A stretch of DNA of 64,000 bases, from contig JBDROZ010000017.1 of assembly GCA_043809585.1 (NCBI GenBank), positions 1-64,000 of the forward strand, read 5' to 3'. The position numbers and the translations under genes are program-made. Of the stretch, positions 44,719 to 55,100 are shown in pieces; the first letter of the stretch is position 1, and each line of letters opens with the position of its first letter. This DNA is from Candidatus Eiseniibacteriota bacterium (GTDB taxonomy: Bacteria; Orphanbacterota; Orphanbacteria; Orphanbacterales; Orphanbacteraceae). The notes below the pieces were generated by a model. The model was not told where the DNA came from. It saw only the letters and a list, made by a program, of their open reading frames with translations, and did no database searches.

Positions 44719-46266
44719 CTACCGGAACATCTTCTTCACGGTGGTCCAGCTGGCGGCCTCGACCCGGGTCGAGCCGCCGCACCCCTCGCCGAAGGCGCCG
44801 ACGACGTCGCAGTTCTCCCCCTGCGGGTGGTTGCCCGGCAGGCAGGGGGAATCGGCCCGGAGGGTGAAGTCCTCCGCGGCGTCGTCGCAGTAGAGCGGGT
44901 CGGCGGAGAAGTTCCCCGCCACGCCGAGCTGGCCGGCGATCGGGCCGACCCAGTCTCCCCCCTCGTTGCCGAAGATGTCGCAGCAGGAGAAGTCCGCGCT
45001 CCCCGACCCGTCCCACGAGACCCCGGCTCCGAGAAGACCGAAGGAGACGATGGTGTTCTCCAGCGTGACTTCCGACTCGAATATCACGGCGATTCCCGAG
45101 CCGACGGGCGAACGGTTCCCGTTCATGGTGCAGTCATAGAGGTTGTAGACGGAGTTGACCGAGGCGAAGAGGGCGCCCCCGGAGTCATTGGCGGCGTTGG
45201 CGGAGAAGACGCACTCCCGGAACTCGAGGGTCGAGATCTCGGAGTACACGCCGCCGCCGTTCAGGGTCGCCGAGTTCCCCTCGAACCGGCATCGCAGGAA
45301 ATCGGCGGGGCCGTTGACCGAGACGCCCGCGGCGTACGTGGCGGTATTCTCCCGAAAGATGCATTCCTCCAGGGAGGCGCTCCACTCGGAGATCGCCATC
45401 CCCCCCGCGGCGAGGCTCCCGTGGTTGCCCACGAACTCGCACCGGAGCAAATTGGCATAGGAGGGGTGGTAGGGCCCGGCGTACGAGTACATTCCCCCGC
45501 ACGCGAAGTTCCCGCGGTTCCCCTTGAAGAGACAATCGGTGAGGTCCGCTTCGGTGGAGTAGCTGAAGATCCCCCCGGCGTATCCCCCCTCGTTCCGATC
45601 GAAGAGGACGTCGCCCAGGCGGACCGTCGACTCCCACATCCCGAGGGCGCCCCCGAGGTCCGACTCGGAGGGGGCCACATTCCCGGCGAACACGGTCGAC
45701 ACGATCTCCGCCGTCGACGATTCGATCCACGCCCCCCCTCCGAACTTGGCGTGGTTGTCCTCGATACCGGAGTCCTCGATCCGGGCGTCGGGAGAGCCGA
45801 TCACGTAAAGGGCGCCGCCGTTCTCCCCGGCGCCGTTGTTCCGGAGGGCCATGTTCCTGATCACGATCCCCGAGTTCGAGCACCGGATCGCGCCCCCCTC
45901 GTTCGCCCCGTACCCGTTCCGGATGGTGAAGGCCTCGAAGGTGACGGGGTCTCCGGCGGCCGCGGAGACCAGGAATCCCCGGTGGGGCGATCCAACAGAT
46001 CCCTCGCAGTCGAGGACGCACGAGCCCGGGGAGAGGCTCGTGGAATGAACGACGATCCCGCCCGCCCCGATCGCGACGTCCCGGTTGCCGTCGCCGCTGA
46101 AGGTGCCGTCGCCGAGGAGGACCGTGTCCCCCGGCGCCGAGGCGTCGACCGCCGCCTGGATGGTCGGGAAGTCGCCGGTGCCGCCGGGAAGGACGAGCCG
46201 GGAGGCGGGCCATCCGGCGGCCGGAAGCAGGAGGAACGAGAACAGGAGAAGAAGGAACGGGCGCAT
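44719..46266 (-). CDS. Secreted right-handed beta-helix repeat protein (GGA/FxxN repeats) with SW-tail
   Basis: Signal peptide; FPTIQAAVD..PGDTVLL..GTF; about ten GGA(I/L) plus FxxN repeats; ADPLYC..DFTL..DSPC; C-terminus SWTTVKKMFR. Confidence 0.85.
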   Translation of the reverse strand: MRPFLLLLFSFLLLPAAGWPASRLVLPGGTGDFPTIQAAVDASAPGDTVLLGDGTFSGDGNRDVAIGAGGIVVHSTSLSPGSCVLDCEGSVGSPHRGFLVSAAAGDPVTFEAFTIRNGYGANEGGAIRCSNSGIVIRNMALRNNGAGENGGALYVIGSPDARIEDSGIEDNHAKFGGGAWIESSTAEIVSTVFAGNVAPSESDLGGALGMWESTVRLGDVLFDRNEGGYAGGIFSYSTEADLTDCLFKGNRGNFACGGMYSYAGPYHPSYANLLRCEFVGNHGSLAAGGMAISEWSASLEECIFRENTATYAAGVSVNGPADFLRCRFEGNSATLNGGGVYSEISTLEFRECVFSANAANDSGGALFASVNSVYNLYDCTMNGNRSPVGSGIAVIFESEVTLENTIVSFGLLGAGVSWDGSGSADFSCCDIFGNEGGDWVGPIAGQLGVAGNFSADPLYCDDAAEDFTLRADSPCLPGNHPQGENCDVVGAFGEGCGGSTRVEAASWTTVKKMFR

Positions 46267-46313
46267 GGGGGGCCTCCTCTGGCGCGGGGGTCGGTTGAAC
46301 CGAGCTCGCAACC

Positions 46314-46322
46314 ATTATATCA
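46314..46322 (-). promoter_or_regulatory. Extended -10 promoter
   Basis: TG-A-TATAAT on the minus strand, about 48 nt upstream of ATG 46266. Confidence 0.55.
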
Positions 46323-46338
46323 CGAAAATTGTGAAATC

Positions 46339-46370
46339 GAAAAACGACCCGGAGGGGGTCCCCCCGGGCC
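46339..46370 (-). terminator. Intrinsic terminator after pepF
   Basis: Minus strand GGCCCGGGGGG-ACC-CCCTCCGGGTC-type stem followed by GTTTTT. Confidence 0.55.
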
Positions 46371-46402
46371 GCGGTCTCGCTTCGATGTGATCCGGATTAG
46401 GG

Positions 46403-48310
46403 CTAACTCTTCTTCAGTTCCCGGAGCATGGTGCTCATCTGCCGGAGCGTCTCGCCGTAGCGGTCCATCACGGTCCGGATCACGGCCGGGTCGGTCATGT
46501 CCACGCCCGCCGTCCCGAGCGCCTCGAGGGGGTAGACGCTGCCGCCGAGCTTCAGCATGGCGAGGTAGTCGCCCACGGCGGTCGTCTCGCCCTCCCGAAC
46601 GCGCGCGGCGATCGCCTCGCCGGCGGCGAAGCTCGTGGCGTAGACCCAGACGTAGTAGGTCCGGTAGAAGTGGGGGATCCGCGCCCAGCCGGCGTGGAAC
46701 TCTTCGTCCAGCACGAGATCGGGGCCGTAGTATTGCTTCCACATCTCGGCGTACACCTCGCCGAGGGACTCCTTGGTGAGCGCCTCCCCCGCCTCGGCCA
46801 TGGTGTGGGCCTTCAACTCGAACTCGTGGAAGAAGATCTGGCGGAGGAAGGTGCCGGTGATGTTCCCCATGTAGATGTCGAGAAGGTTCAGCCTCTCCAC
46901 GTCCGTCTCGACCCGGTTCATCATGTAGTCGAGGAAGAGCGCCTCGCTCGCGACGGACGCGACCTCGGCCACGAAGAGGGAGTATTCGGCGTTGGGGAAG
47001 TCCTGGTTCCTGTTCGCCAGGTAGGTGTGAATGGAGTGCCCCATCTCGTGGACGAGGGTGAAGACATCCTCGAGGGTGCCGCCCCAGTTGAGGAGCAGGT
47101 ACGGATGGGAGTCGTAGGAGCCCCACGAGTAGGCGCCCCCCCGCTTCCCCTCGCCGGCGTACACGTCGACCCATCGCTTGTCGTAGGCGTCCTTCGCGAC
47201 CTGGTAGTACTCGTCACCGTAGGTCGTCTTCCAGAAGTCGAGGGCGATGTCGTACGCCTCGTCGTAGCCGTACTTCGTGTCCGCCTCGGAAACGAGGCCC
47301 ACGTACAGGTCGTAGACGTGGAACTCGTCGAGATCGAGGAGCTCCTTCCGGAGCGCGGCGTACTCGTGGATCAGCTCCAGGTTCTCGTGGACCGTGCTGA
47401 CGAGCGTCTCGATCACCTCGGTCGGAACGTTCACCTCGAACATCTTCGCGTCGATGGCGGTGTCGAAGTTGCGGGTTCTCGCCATGAAGACGTCCTTCTG
47501 CACGCTGCCGCCGTAGGTGGCGGCGAAGGTGTTCGCGAAGTCCGTGTAGGTCTGGAAGAGGGCGAGGGCCGCCTCCTTGCGGACGCTCCGATCCTGATCG
47601 GAAACGAAGCTGTAGTAGAGGGCGGGAGAAACGGTCTTCTCTTCGCCCTTCACCATGATCTTCGGCCACTGGATGTCGGCGGAGGTCAGGTTCGAGTACG
47701 CCTCGTAGGGCGCCCGGGCGACCAGAGACATGGAGGCGAGCAGCTCCTCCACCTCGCCGGAGCGGATGTGCGGCTTCTGGCGGATCAGGTTGTCCAGGTA
47801 GTGGCCGTAGGTCTTCAGCCGCTCGTTCTTACGGAACTTCTCGAGCTTCTTCTCGTCGATCTGGGTGATCTCGGGATCCACGAACGCGATCGCCTGGCTC
47901 ACGCGGGAGCTCAGGCCGTTCATGCGGGCGTACAACTCGTTCGCCTCGGCGTTCTTGGTGTCCTGGTCGCGGTACTGGCCGGCGTAAACCTGGAGCTCGC
48001 CCTGCACCCGGAGGAGATCGAACATGGCGGCGATTCCCTCGGCGAGGGTAAGGGCCGACTCGCCGAGGCGGCCCCGGTACTTCTCCATCTCCGGAATGCG
48101 GTTCTCCACGCGCTCATAGGCCTGGTTCCACATCTCCACGGAGGGGAAAATGTCGTCGAGGTTCCATCGGTACTGCAGGGGGATCTCGTCCCTGGTCCCG
48201 TAGTACATCACTTCGTCCGCTTCCTCGCCGGCGGCGACGGGAATGGCGAAGAGGAGGGCGAGGAAGGGCACGATCGCGGACTTCACGAGGATCTTCATGC
48301 GTTTCTCCAT
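46403..48310 (-). CDS. pepF: Oligoendopeptidase F (peptidase M3B) with predicted signal peptide
   Basis: WNLDDIF, WVDVY..GKRGGAYS, TLVHEMGHSIH (HExxH), FVAEVAS, WARIPHFY. Confidence 0.92.
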   Translation of the reverse strand: MEKRMKILVKSAIVPFLALLFAIPVAAGEEADEVMYYGTRDEIPLQYRWNLDDIFPSVEMWNQAYERVENRIPEMEKYRGRLGESALTLAEGIAAMFDLLRVQGELQVYAGQYRDQDTKNAEANELYARMNGLSSRVSQAIAFVDPEITQIDEKKLEKFRKNERLKTYGHYLDNLIRQKPHIRSGEVEELLASMSLVARAPYEAYSNLTSADIQWPKIMVKGEEKTVSPALYYSFVSDQDRSVRKEAALALFQTYTDFANTFAATYGGSVQKDVFMARTRNFDTAIDAKMFEVNVPTEVIETLVSTVHENLELIHEYAALRKELLDLDEFHVYDLYVGLVSEADTKYGYDEAYDIALDFWKTTYGDEYYQVAKDAYDKRWVDVYAGEGKRGGAYSWGSYDSHPYLLLNWGGTLEDVFTLVHEMGHSIHTYLANRNQDFPNAEYSLFVAEVASVASEALFLDYMMNRVETDVERLNLLDIYMGNITGTFLRQIFFHEFELKAHTMAEAGEALTKESLGEVYAEMWKQYYGPDLVLDEEFHAGWARIPHFYRTYYVWVYATSFAAGEAIAARVREGETTAVGDYLAMLKLGGSVYPLEALGTAGVDMTDPAVIRTVMDRYGETLRQMSTMLRELKKS

Positions 48311-48469
48311 GCACGGGTTGGGTGTATTGGAAACGGGCCAATCATGGAATAGTAATCGATCATCTCCGGGGCATCAAGCGCGGGAACGGGGCGAAAGGAA
48401 GCGCCGGACACCCCGGGGGGGGCATCCGGCGCCCTTCTTCGGTCACACGGTGCGGCCGTCACCGGCGTT

Positions 48470-51400
48470 TCATCGGATCAAGACGAGCTTTCTGGTCTCC
48501 GTAAAGGGCCCCGCATCGAGGCGGTAGAAGTAGACGCCCGACCCGACCTCCCGGTTCCTCTCGTCCCGCCCCCGCCAGAGCGCGGTGTGTCGTCCCTCCG
48601 TCCGCACTTCGCCGTCGACAAGGACCCTTACGAGCCGTCCCGAGACGTCGTAGACCCGGAGCGTTACGGGGGAGGGGCAGGGAAGGTCGTAGCGAATCGT
48701 AGTCGCCGGGTTGAACGGGTTCGGCGAGTTCGGGTGGAGCGCGAAGGGAAGGCCGGGAACGCCCGCCCCGCCGCCGTCCGCTACGTCCGTGACGATCTCT
48801 TCGATCACGATCTTCTGGTTGGCCGTCACGGCCGTCCGGATCGAGACGTTGCCGGAAGGCCAGAGAACGATGATCGAGTCGACGATTCCGGCCGTCCCAA
48901 GGCCGAACTCGGCGGTCAGCGAGTTCATGGGCGCCAGGTAACCGCCCCCCGCCTCGACCTCCCGGATCTGGGCGCGCCGCCCGCCCGTCCCCGCGCCGGT
49001 GATCACCTCGATGCGGGCGCCGATGCCGCGGCTGTTCGAGACCGCCCCGGCCAGGTCGACGTGGAGCCAGGGCCAAGCCGAAGCGCCGTCGTTCCGGTAG
49101 AGCTTGTTCGCGAGGGAGTAGTGCGAATTGTAGATGTCGAGGTCCCCGTCACCGTCGTAATCGCCGAGGGCGGCGCAAATGCCCCCGCGGGAGTCGCACG
49201 GCGGATCGAGAAGGTAATCGGCGAACACGCCGCTTCCCTGGTTCATATAGAGGCGGTTCGCGACGCCGTAGTTGGCGATGTAGAGATCGAGATGTCCGTT
49301 GTGGTCCAAGTCGGCCCACTGGGCGGCGTAGGTCGGATTGGTCTCGGCCAGGAGCGAGGGCGTCACGTCGGTGAACACGCCTCCCCCCTGGTTTTGTAAC
49401 AGCCGGTTCGGATAGGCGGCCGTTCCGTTGGCGAGGTACATGTCCAAATCGCCGTCGTTGTCGTAATCCCCCCACGCCGCGACGGCGCTGGTTCCGACGC
49501 TTCCGAGAGGGCCGCTCGTGGCGTTCACGAAGACCTCGTTCCCCTCGTTCCGGTACAATCGGTTCGGGCCGGTGTAGTTCGCCACGTAGATGTCGAGGTC
49601 GCCGTCGTCGTCGTAGTCGGACCAGGAAACGCCGGCGCTGCTTCCCGTGTCGTCCAGCGGCGGCGCGGTGACGTCGACCAGCTGGCCGCCATCGTTCCGG
49701 TAGAGCCGGTTCTTGCTGCTCCCCCCCGCCCCCTGCATGTTCCCCACGTACATGTCGATGTCGCCGTCGTTGTCGTAGTCCCCCCACGCCCCGGTCTGGG
49801 TGTTCCCCGTGTCGGAGGCGGCGAAGGAGGAGACATCCGTGAAGACATCGCCCCCGTCGTTCCGGAGCAGGGCGTTCAGCTGGGCCGCGCCGCGAAGGAC
49901 GAAGATGTCGAGATCCCCGTCGTCGTCGTAGTCCCCCCAGAGTCCGCTGATGTCCCGCTCCCCACCGAGAATGGGTCCGGCCGCCACGTCGACCCACGCC
50001 CCGCCGTCGTTCCGGCAGAGCCGGTTCGGGTAGGTCGACGCCCGGGCGATGAAGAGATCGAGATCGCCGTCGCCGTCGTAGTCCCCCCAGGCGATCCCGG
50101 TGCTCTGGTCCGTGGGGTCGAGAGGCGAAACCGTGGCGTCGACCCACTGGACGCCGAGAAGGGCGAAGGCGGCGAGAAGGTCCGGCCGGGGCCCGATGTT
50201 CCCGGGCGGCCCGAAGACCTGGGGCGTGCCCGTGGTCTTCAAGAGATTCCTGATGTAGGAGGGCGACGGGGGCGTCGTCGAGATCGTCGCCTTCCAATGT
50301 CCCACGACGCACGCCACCGCCCCCGCTACGATCGGCGAAGCGCTCGACGTGCCGCTGAACATGTGGGTGAAGAGGCTGTCGTAGCCGCCCTGGTTGTAGA
50401 GGTGCCCGTAGCCGGTGGTCGCCACGTCCTCGCCCCACCCCTGGAGATCGAAGCGGGGGCCGTAGCTCGAGTAGCCGCACCGTTCGAGGTCGGTCTCCAC
50501 CCACGTGCCTCCCGGCCAGGCACCGCCCCCCCCGACGATGATGGCCCCCGAGTCGCCGTACCACGAGAGGAGTCCCGTGTTCACGCCCGTGCCGGCGGCG
50601 TTCCCCCCGTTGCCTCCGGCCTCGACGACGCTGATGCCGTTGCCGACGGCGGCGGCGATCGCCGCGTAGACGCCGTTGTACGTCTGCGCCCCCGGCCACC
50701 AGTTCGTCCACCACTCGATCGGGATGAAGTCGGTGTGGGCCGTCGTGGTGTCGTCGTAATCCCACTGCTGTTCGAGCAGGATCACGTCCCCCGCCTGGAG
50801 GGCGGCCGCGGCCATGGCGATGGCCGCCGGCACGTCCCACGTCGTGTCGGGGGGAGTGCCCGGGACGATGAAGTTGGTGCCGCAGGTCCGTAGGTTCGAC
50901 CCGTAGCAGATGCCGCTCGTGCCCCAGCCGTTCCGGTCCGACACGAGTTCGCCGAGCACCGCCGTTCCGTGATGATCGTCGCTGAAGGGATCGACGAGGG
51001 TGTTCGTGTTGATCTCACACCAGGGGTAGGCGGCCTTCGAGATGTCCGCGTGGTTCCTGTTCCAGCTGTACTCGAGATCACAGACCGTCGCCCCCGCGCC
51101 GTTTCCCCAGGTTTGGGTCCAGGCGTACTCGGCGTCGATGCCGGTCGGGTAGGGGGAATTGTTCGCCGGATCGAGGTAGTACTGCATGTACTCGTAGTCG
51201 TAGACGGGCGGCGGCGCCGGCAGCGGCATGGGACGGGCGGTCAAGACCCCGGGCAGGGCTTCGAGATCCTCGCAGATCTTCCACACGTCGTGCCCCTTCG
51301 GAATCTCGAGCCGGTAGATGTTGTTCAGATTGTAGACCGGATCGCCCCCCTTGGCCGCGGCCGCTCGTTCCCAGGCGTCGAAGGTCGATTCCGGAACATC

Positions 51401-51652
51401 GCAAAGACGGCGCCACTCGTGCCACGAGAGGGCGGCCAGCCTCTCCTCGACCCCCGCCATCGCGCCCGTGGCGGGGTCGGCCGGGATTCCGTCCCGGAGA
51501 CGGACTTTCGCGTCCCACGCGAACATCACTTCGATGAGATCGTCGCGGCAGGCAAGGGTCGAAGGTTCGCCGGCGGAAGCCGCGGGCGAAAGGAAAAGCA
51601 CTGTCGAAGCGAGAATAAGAAGGGCTCGGAAAGGGGGAACCGGACAGATCAT
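48470..51652 (-). CDS. Secreted S8 subtilase with 7 FG-GAP-like repeats, ASPIC/UnbV domain and FlgD-Ig/T9SS-like C-terminal domain
   Basis: Triad VCDLE / HGTAVLG / GTSSASP; seven DxDxDGDLD repeats; PNPFNP..VYDVSGRLV..SGVYFYRL..KLVLIR; RBS AGGAGGT before ATG 51652. Confidence 0.88.
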   Translation of the reverse strand: MICPVPPFRALLILASTVLFLSPAASAGEPSTLACRDDLIEVMFAWDAKVRLRDGIPADPATGAMAGVEERLAALSWHEWRRLCDVPESTFDAWERAAAAKGGDPVYNLNNIYRLEIPKGHDVWKICEDLEALPGVLTARPMPLPAPPPVYDYEYMQYYLDPANNSPYPTGIDAEYAWTQTWGNGAGATVCDLEYSWNRNHADISKAAYPWCEINTNTLVDPFSDDHHGTAVLGELVSDRNGWGTSGICYGSNLRTCGTNFIVPGTPPDTTWDVPAAIAMAAAALQAGDVILLEQQWDYDDTTTAHTDFIPIEWWTNWWPGAQTYNGVYAAIAAAVGNGISVVEAGGNGGNAAGTGVNTGLLSWYGDSGAIIVGGGGAWPGGTWVETDLERCGYSSYGPRFDLQGWGEDVATTGYGHLYNQGGYDSLFTHMFSGTSSASPIVAGAVACVVGHWKATISTTPPSPSYIRNLLKTTGTPQVFGPPGNIGPRPDLLAAFALLGVQWVDATVSPLDPTDQSTGIAWGDYDGDGDLDLFIARASTYPNRLCRNDGGAWVDVAAGPILGGERDISGLWGDYDDDGDLDIFVLRGAAQLNALLRNDGGDVFTDVSSFAASDTGNTQTGAWGDYDNDGDIDMYVGNMQGAGGSSKNRLYRNDGGQLVDVTAPPLDDTGSSAGVSWSDYDDDGDLDIYVANYTGPNRLYRNEGNEVFVNATSGPLGSVGTSAVAAWGDYDNDGDLDMYLANGTAAYPNRLLQNQGGGVFTDVTPSLLAETNPTYAAQWADLDHNGHLDLYIANYGVANRLYMNQGSGVFADYLLDPPCDSRGGICAALGDYDGDGDLDIYNSHYSLANKLYRNDGASAWPWLHVDLAGAVSNSRGIGARIEVITGAGTGGRRAQIREVEAGGGYLAPMNSLTAEFGLGTAGIVDSIIVLWPSGNVSIRTAVTANQKIVIEEIVTDVADGGGAGVPGLPFALHPNSPNPFNPATTIRYDLPCPSPVTLRVYDVSGRLVRVLVDGEVRTEGRHTALWRGRDERNREVGSGVYFYRLDAGPFTETRKLVLIR

Positions 51653-51762
51653 GACACACCTCCTGGAGAAGGTGCCGTCCCCCCGCCCGCCGGCCGGGGG
51701 GTGGCCGTTCGGGTCGTTTCGCGGGGTGTTCGGAATCACCCGGCTCGAAGCTGCGCACCCCA

Positions 51763-51771
51763 ATTATAGCA
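51763..51771 (-). promoter_or_regulatory. Extended -10 promoter for the minus-strand subtilase
   Basis: TG-C-TATAAT on the minus strand. Confidence 0.55.
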
Positions 51772-51977
51772 CACAGGAGATTCACACAGGAAGGGGTGGC
51801 CGGGGGGTGTGAGGGGTCGGAGCCACGGGGGCCGGCCGGGATCGGGCGAGAAGGCCCGGCCGGGAGGCACGCCCCCGGCGGGGGCGCCCGCTGTCCTCTT
51901 TCGGTACAGGGGCGGAACCTCATCCTCCGCGCCGGTTTGGCGGACCGGCGCCCCCTCGCGGCCCCTTCCCTACTCCT

Positions 51978-52006
51978 TTGACTTTCAAAGCGTTATGCAG
52001 TATAAT
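51978..52006 (+). promoter_or_regulatory. Near-consensus sigma70 promoter for the large subtilase
   Basis: TTGACT-17 nt-TATAAT. Confidence 0.75.
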
Positions 52007-52135
52007 CACGGCGTATCCGAGATGGAAAGGGGTGCCCTACTCTCCCTCGTCATGCCCCTCCGAGACGACTCTCCGCCGAGAGCGGTTTTTTCATCCCCAA
52101 ATGGCGCCGCGTCGCGGCGAAATCGGGAGGATTCT

Positions 52136-55100
52136 ATGCCGAAGCAGACGCGGTTCTTCATCGCATTCGCCGCACTCTTGGTTGGTATGGGAACGGCCGG
52201 GGCTTCCGACGCGCCGACCTACTTCTACTATCAAGGAGAGCGGGTCGAACTGGAGCTGGATCCGGGGCGTCTCTACGTCCGTGTGGTCGAAGGAACGCCG
52301 GCGGCCGCGGTGGAGGGGAACGCCCCCTTCGTCTTCATGGCGGGCGCCGAACTCGAGCGTACGTCCCTCGACGAGTGGCGCTTCCTCGTCTTCGAATCGG
52401 CGGCGGACAAGGCCGCCGACGCGAGGGACCGCGTCGAAGCCGCCATCGCGACGGACCAGTTCGACTTCGTGTCCCCCGTGTTCCGGGGCGTCCACTTCGG
52501 CCGGGTCGCGATCACGCCGGATCTGCTCGTCCGCTTCGCGCCGGGCTACCGGAACCGGGCGGGGTCGATTCTCGCCGGTCTCGAACCATCGCTGGCGACC
52601 CTGGACCCGACTTTCGGCGGGATGGAGGGGGCGCTGAAGCTCCGGACGAAGACGAAGGACGGCTTCGAGGTGCTCGCGATCGCGAACCGTCTCGCCGAGG
52701 ACCCGCGCATCGCCTGGGCCGAACCGGACTTCATGATCACCGGAAGGAACGAACTCACCCCGAACGATCCCGGCTTCTCGGATCTCTGGGGGATCAAGAA
52801 CACGGGGCAGTTCGGCGGGACGCCGGACATGGACATGGACGGCGACACGGCGTGGGATATCACCACCGGCGACTCGACGATCATCGTTCTCATTCTCGAC
52901 ACGGGCGTGCAGCAGGACCACCCGGACCTGAATCAGGTCCCGGGGAGGGACTTCACCACCCAGAACTACTTCGGCGGGCCGGGGAATGAATGCGACAACC
53001 ACGGCACGACCGTGGCCGGGTGCGTTTCGGCGGTCATCAACAACAGCCTCGGCACGGTCGGAATCGCCCCGGACTGCCGGATCGCTTCCGCCCGCATCGG
53101 CATCTCCACCGTTCCTTGCGAAGGAACGTGGTCGGGTCAATACAGTTGGTCCGTGGACGCCTTGGACTGGGCGATGACGAACGGCTTCCGGGTGACGAAC
53201 AACAGCAACTCCTACGGCAACATTTCGAACGCGCTCAACGACAAGTACGCCGAGACCCGGGCGTGGGGCATGGTCCACTTCGCCTCGGCCGGGAACAACA
53301 ACGTCGACCTCATCAGCTATCCGTCGAGCCTGCCCACGGTCATGTCGATCATGGCCCTCACGCCGACCGGCGCCCGGGCGTCCTTCAGCAGCTGGGGGAA
53401 CGGTCTCGCCTTCGGCGCCCCCGGGACCGATGTGTACACCACGGACCGGACCGGCTCCCTCGGGTACTCGTCGGGCGACTACGCCTTCGTCCAGGGGACG
53501 AGCTTTTCCTCTCCCTACTCGGCCGGCGTGGCGGCCCTTCTCCTCTCCCGTCGGCCCGAGCTCTCGGCGCCCAACGTGGAAGGCATCCTGAAGTACACCT
53601 GCGTCGATCTCGGAGCGGAAGGATACGATCTCACCTTCGGGTGGGGCTTCGTGAACGCGGAAGCGGCCCTCGGGTTCGGTGGGTGGTACGACGCCTCCGA
53701 GAGCCCCGTGGACGACGACGGGAACGGCGCGGGCGTGGTCTGGCTAGACTTCGACGGGGGCGCCGATCTGGATCTCTACATCGTGAACAACGGAACGGGG
53801 AACCGGCTCGTCCGGCAGGGACCGAACGGGTGGCTCAATTTCACGAGCGGTCCCGTGGGGGACGCGGGGAACGGTGCCGGCGCCGCGGCGGCGGATTACG
53901 ACAACGACGGCGACGAGGACATCTACCTCGCCAACGACGGGGCGAACAGGCTATTCCGGAATGACGACGAGACATTCGTCGACGCCACGAGCGGGCCCCT
54001 CGGGGACGCCGGCACCGGGCGGAGCGTGGCGTGGGCGGACATCGAGAACGACGGCGATCTCGACCTCTACCTCGCCAACAACGGGGCGAACAAGCTCTTC
54101 CGGAACGACGGCGGGACCTTCGTGGACGCCACGGCCGGACCGCTCGGCGACGGGGACGACGGACGGGGAGCGGTCTTCGGCGATTACGACGGCGACGGCG
54201 ATCTCGATCTCTACCTCGTCGACAACGGCGCGAACAATCTGCTGGAGAACGACGGGAGCGGCTCCTTCACCGACGTGACTCCCGCCCTGCTCGCCGATGC
54301 CGGCGACGGATACGGCGGGGAGTGGGGGGACGTGGACAACGATGGCGACCTCGACCTCTACCTATCGAACGACGGCGCGAACAAGTTGTTCGTCAATCTC
54401 GGGGGCGGCTCCTTCTCGGACGGGACGGGCGGCGTTCTCGGCGACGCCGGAAACGGCCGGAGCGTGGGCTTCGCGGACGCGGACAACGACGGCGATCTCG
54501 ATTTGTACCTCGTGAACTCCGGGAGCGCGAACAGGCTGCTCCGGAACGACGGGGGCCTCGTCTTCGCGGACGTCACCGTCGAACCCCTCGACGACGCCGG
54601 AACGGCGGCGGGCATGGCGTGGGGCGATTACAGTGGCAGCGGCATGTCCGACATCTACCTCGCCAAGTCGGGCGCGAACGAACTCTACCGAAACGTCTCG
54701 TACCCGGCGAACTCGTGGGTGGGGCTCCGGCTGATCGGCGTCGCTTCCAACCGCTCCTCCGTCGGCGCCCGGGCGCGGGTCGTGGCGAACGGCGCGGCCC
54801 AGATCCGGGAGGTCACGGCCGGCTCGGGCTACCTCTCCCAGAGGTCGCTCCATCTCGATTTCGGTCTCGGGAGCGCGACGGTGATCGACACGATCCACGT
54901 CGAGTGGCCTTCGGGATTGACGAAGACCTTCACGAACCTCCCCGTCGACTCGCTCTACACGATTCGGGAGTTGACGCCGCCCGTCGTGAGGGTGACCTCG
55001 CCGAACGGAGGCGAGGAGTGGGGCCAGGGGGCAACGGAGACGATCACCTGGACCAGCACGGGGGGAGTGCCCGATTGGTTCTTCATCGAGTATTCGACCA

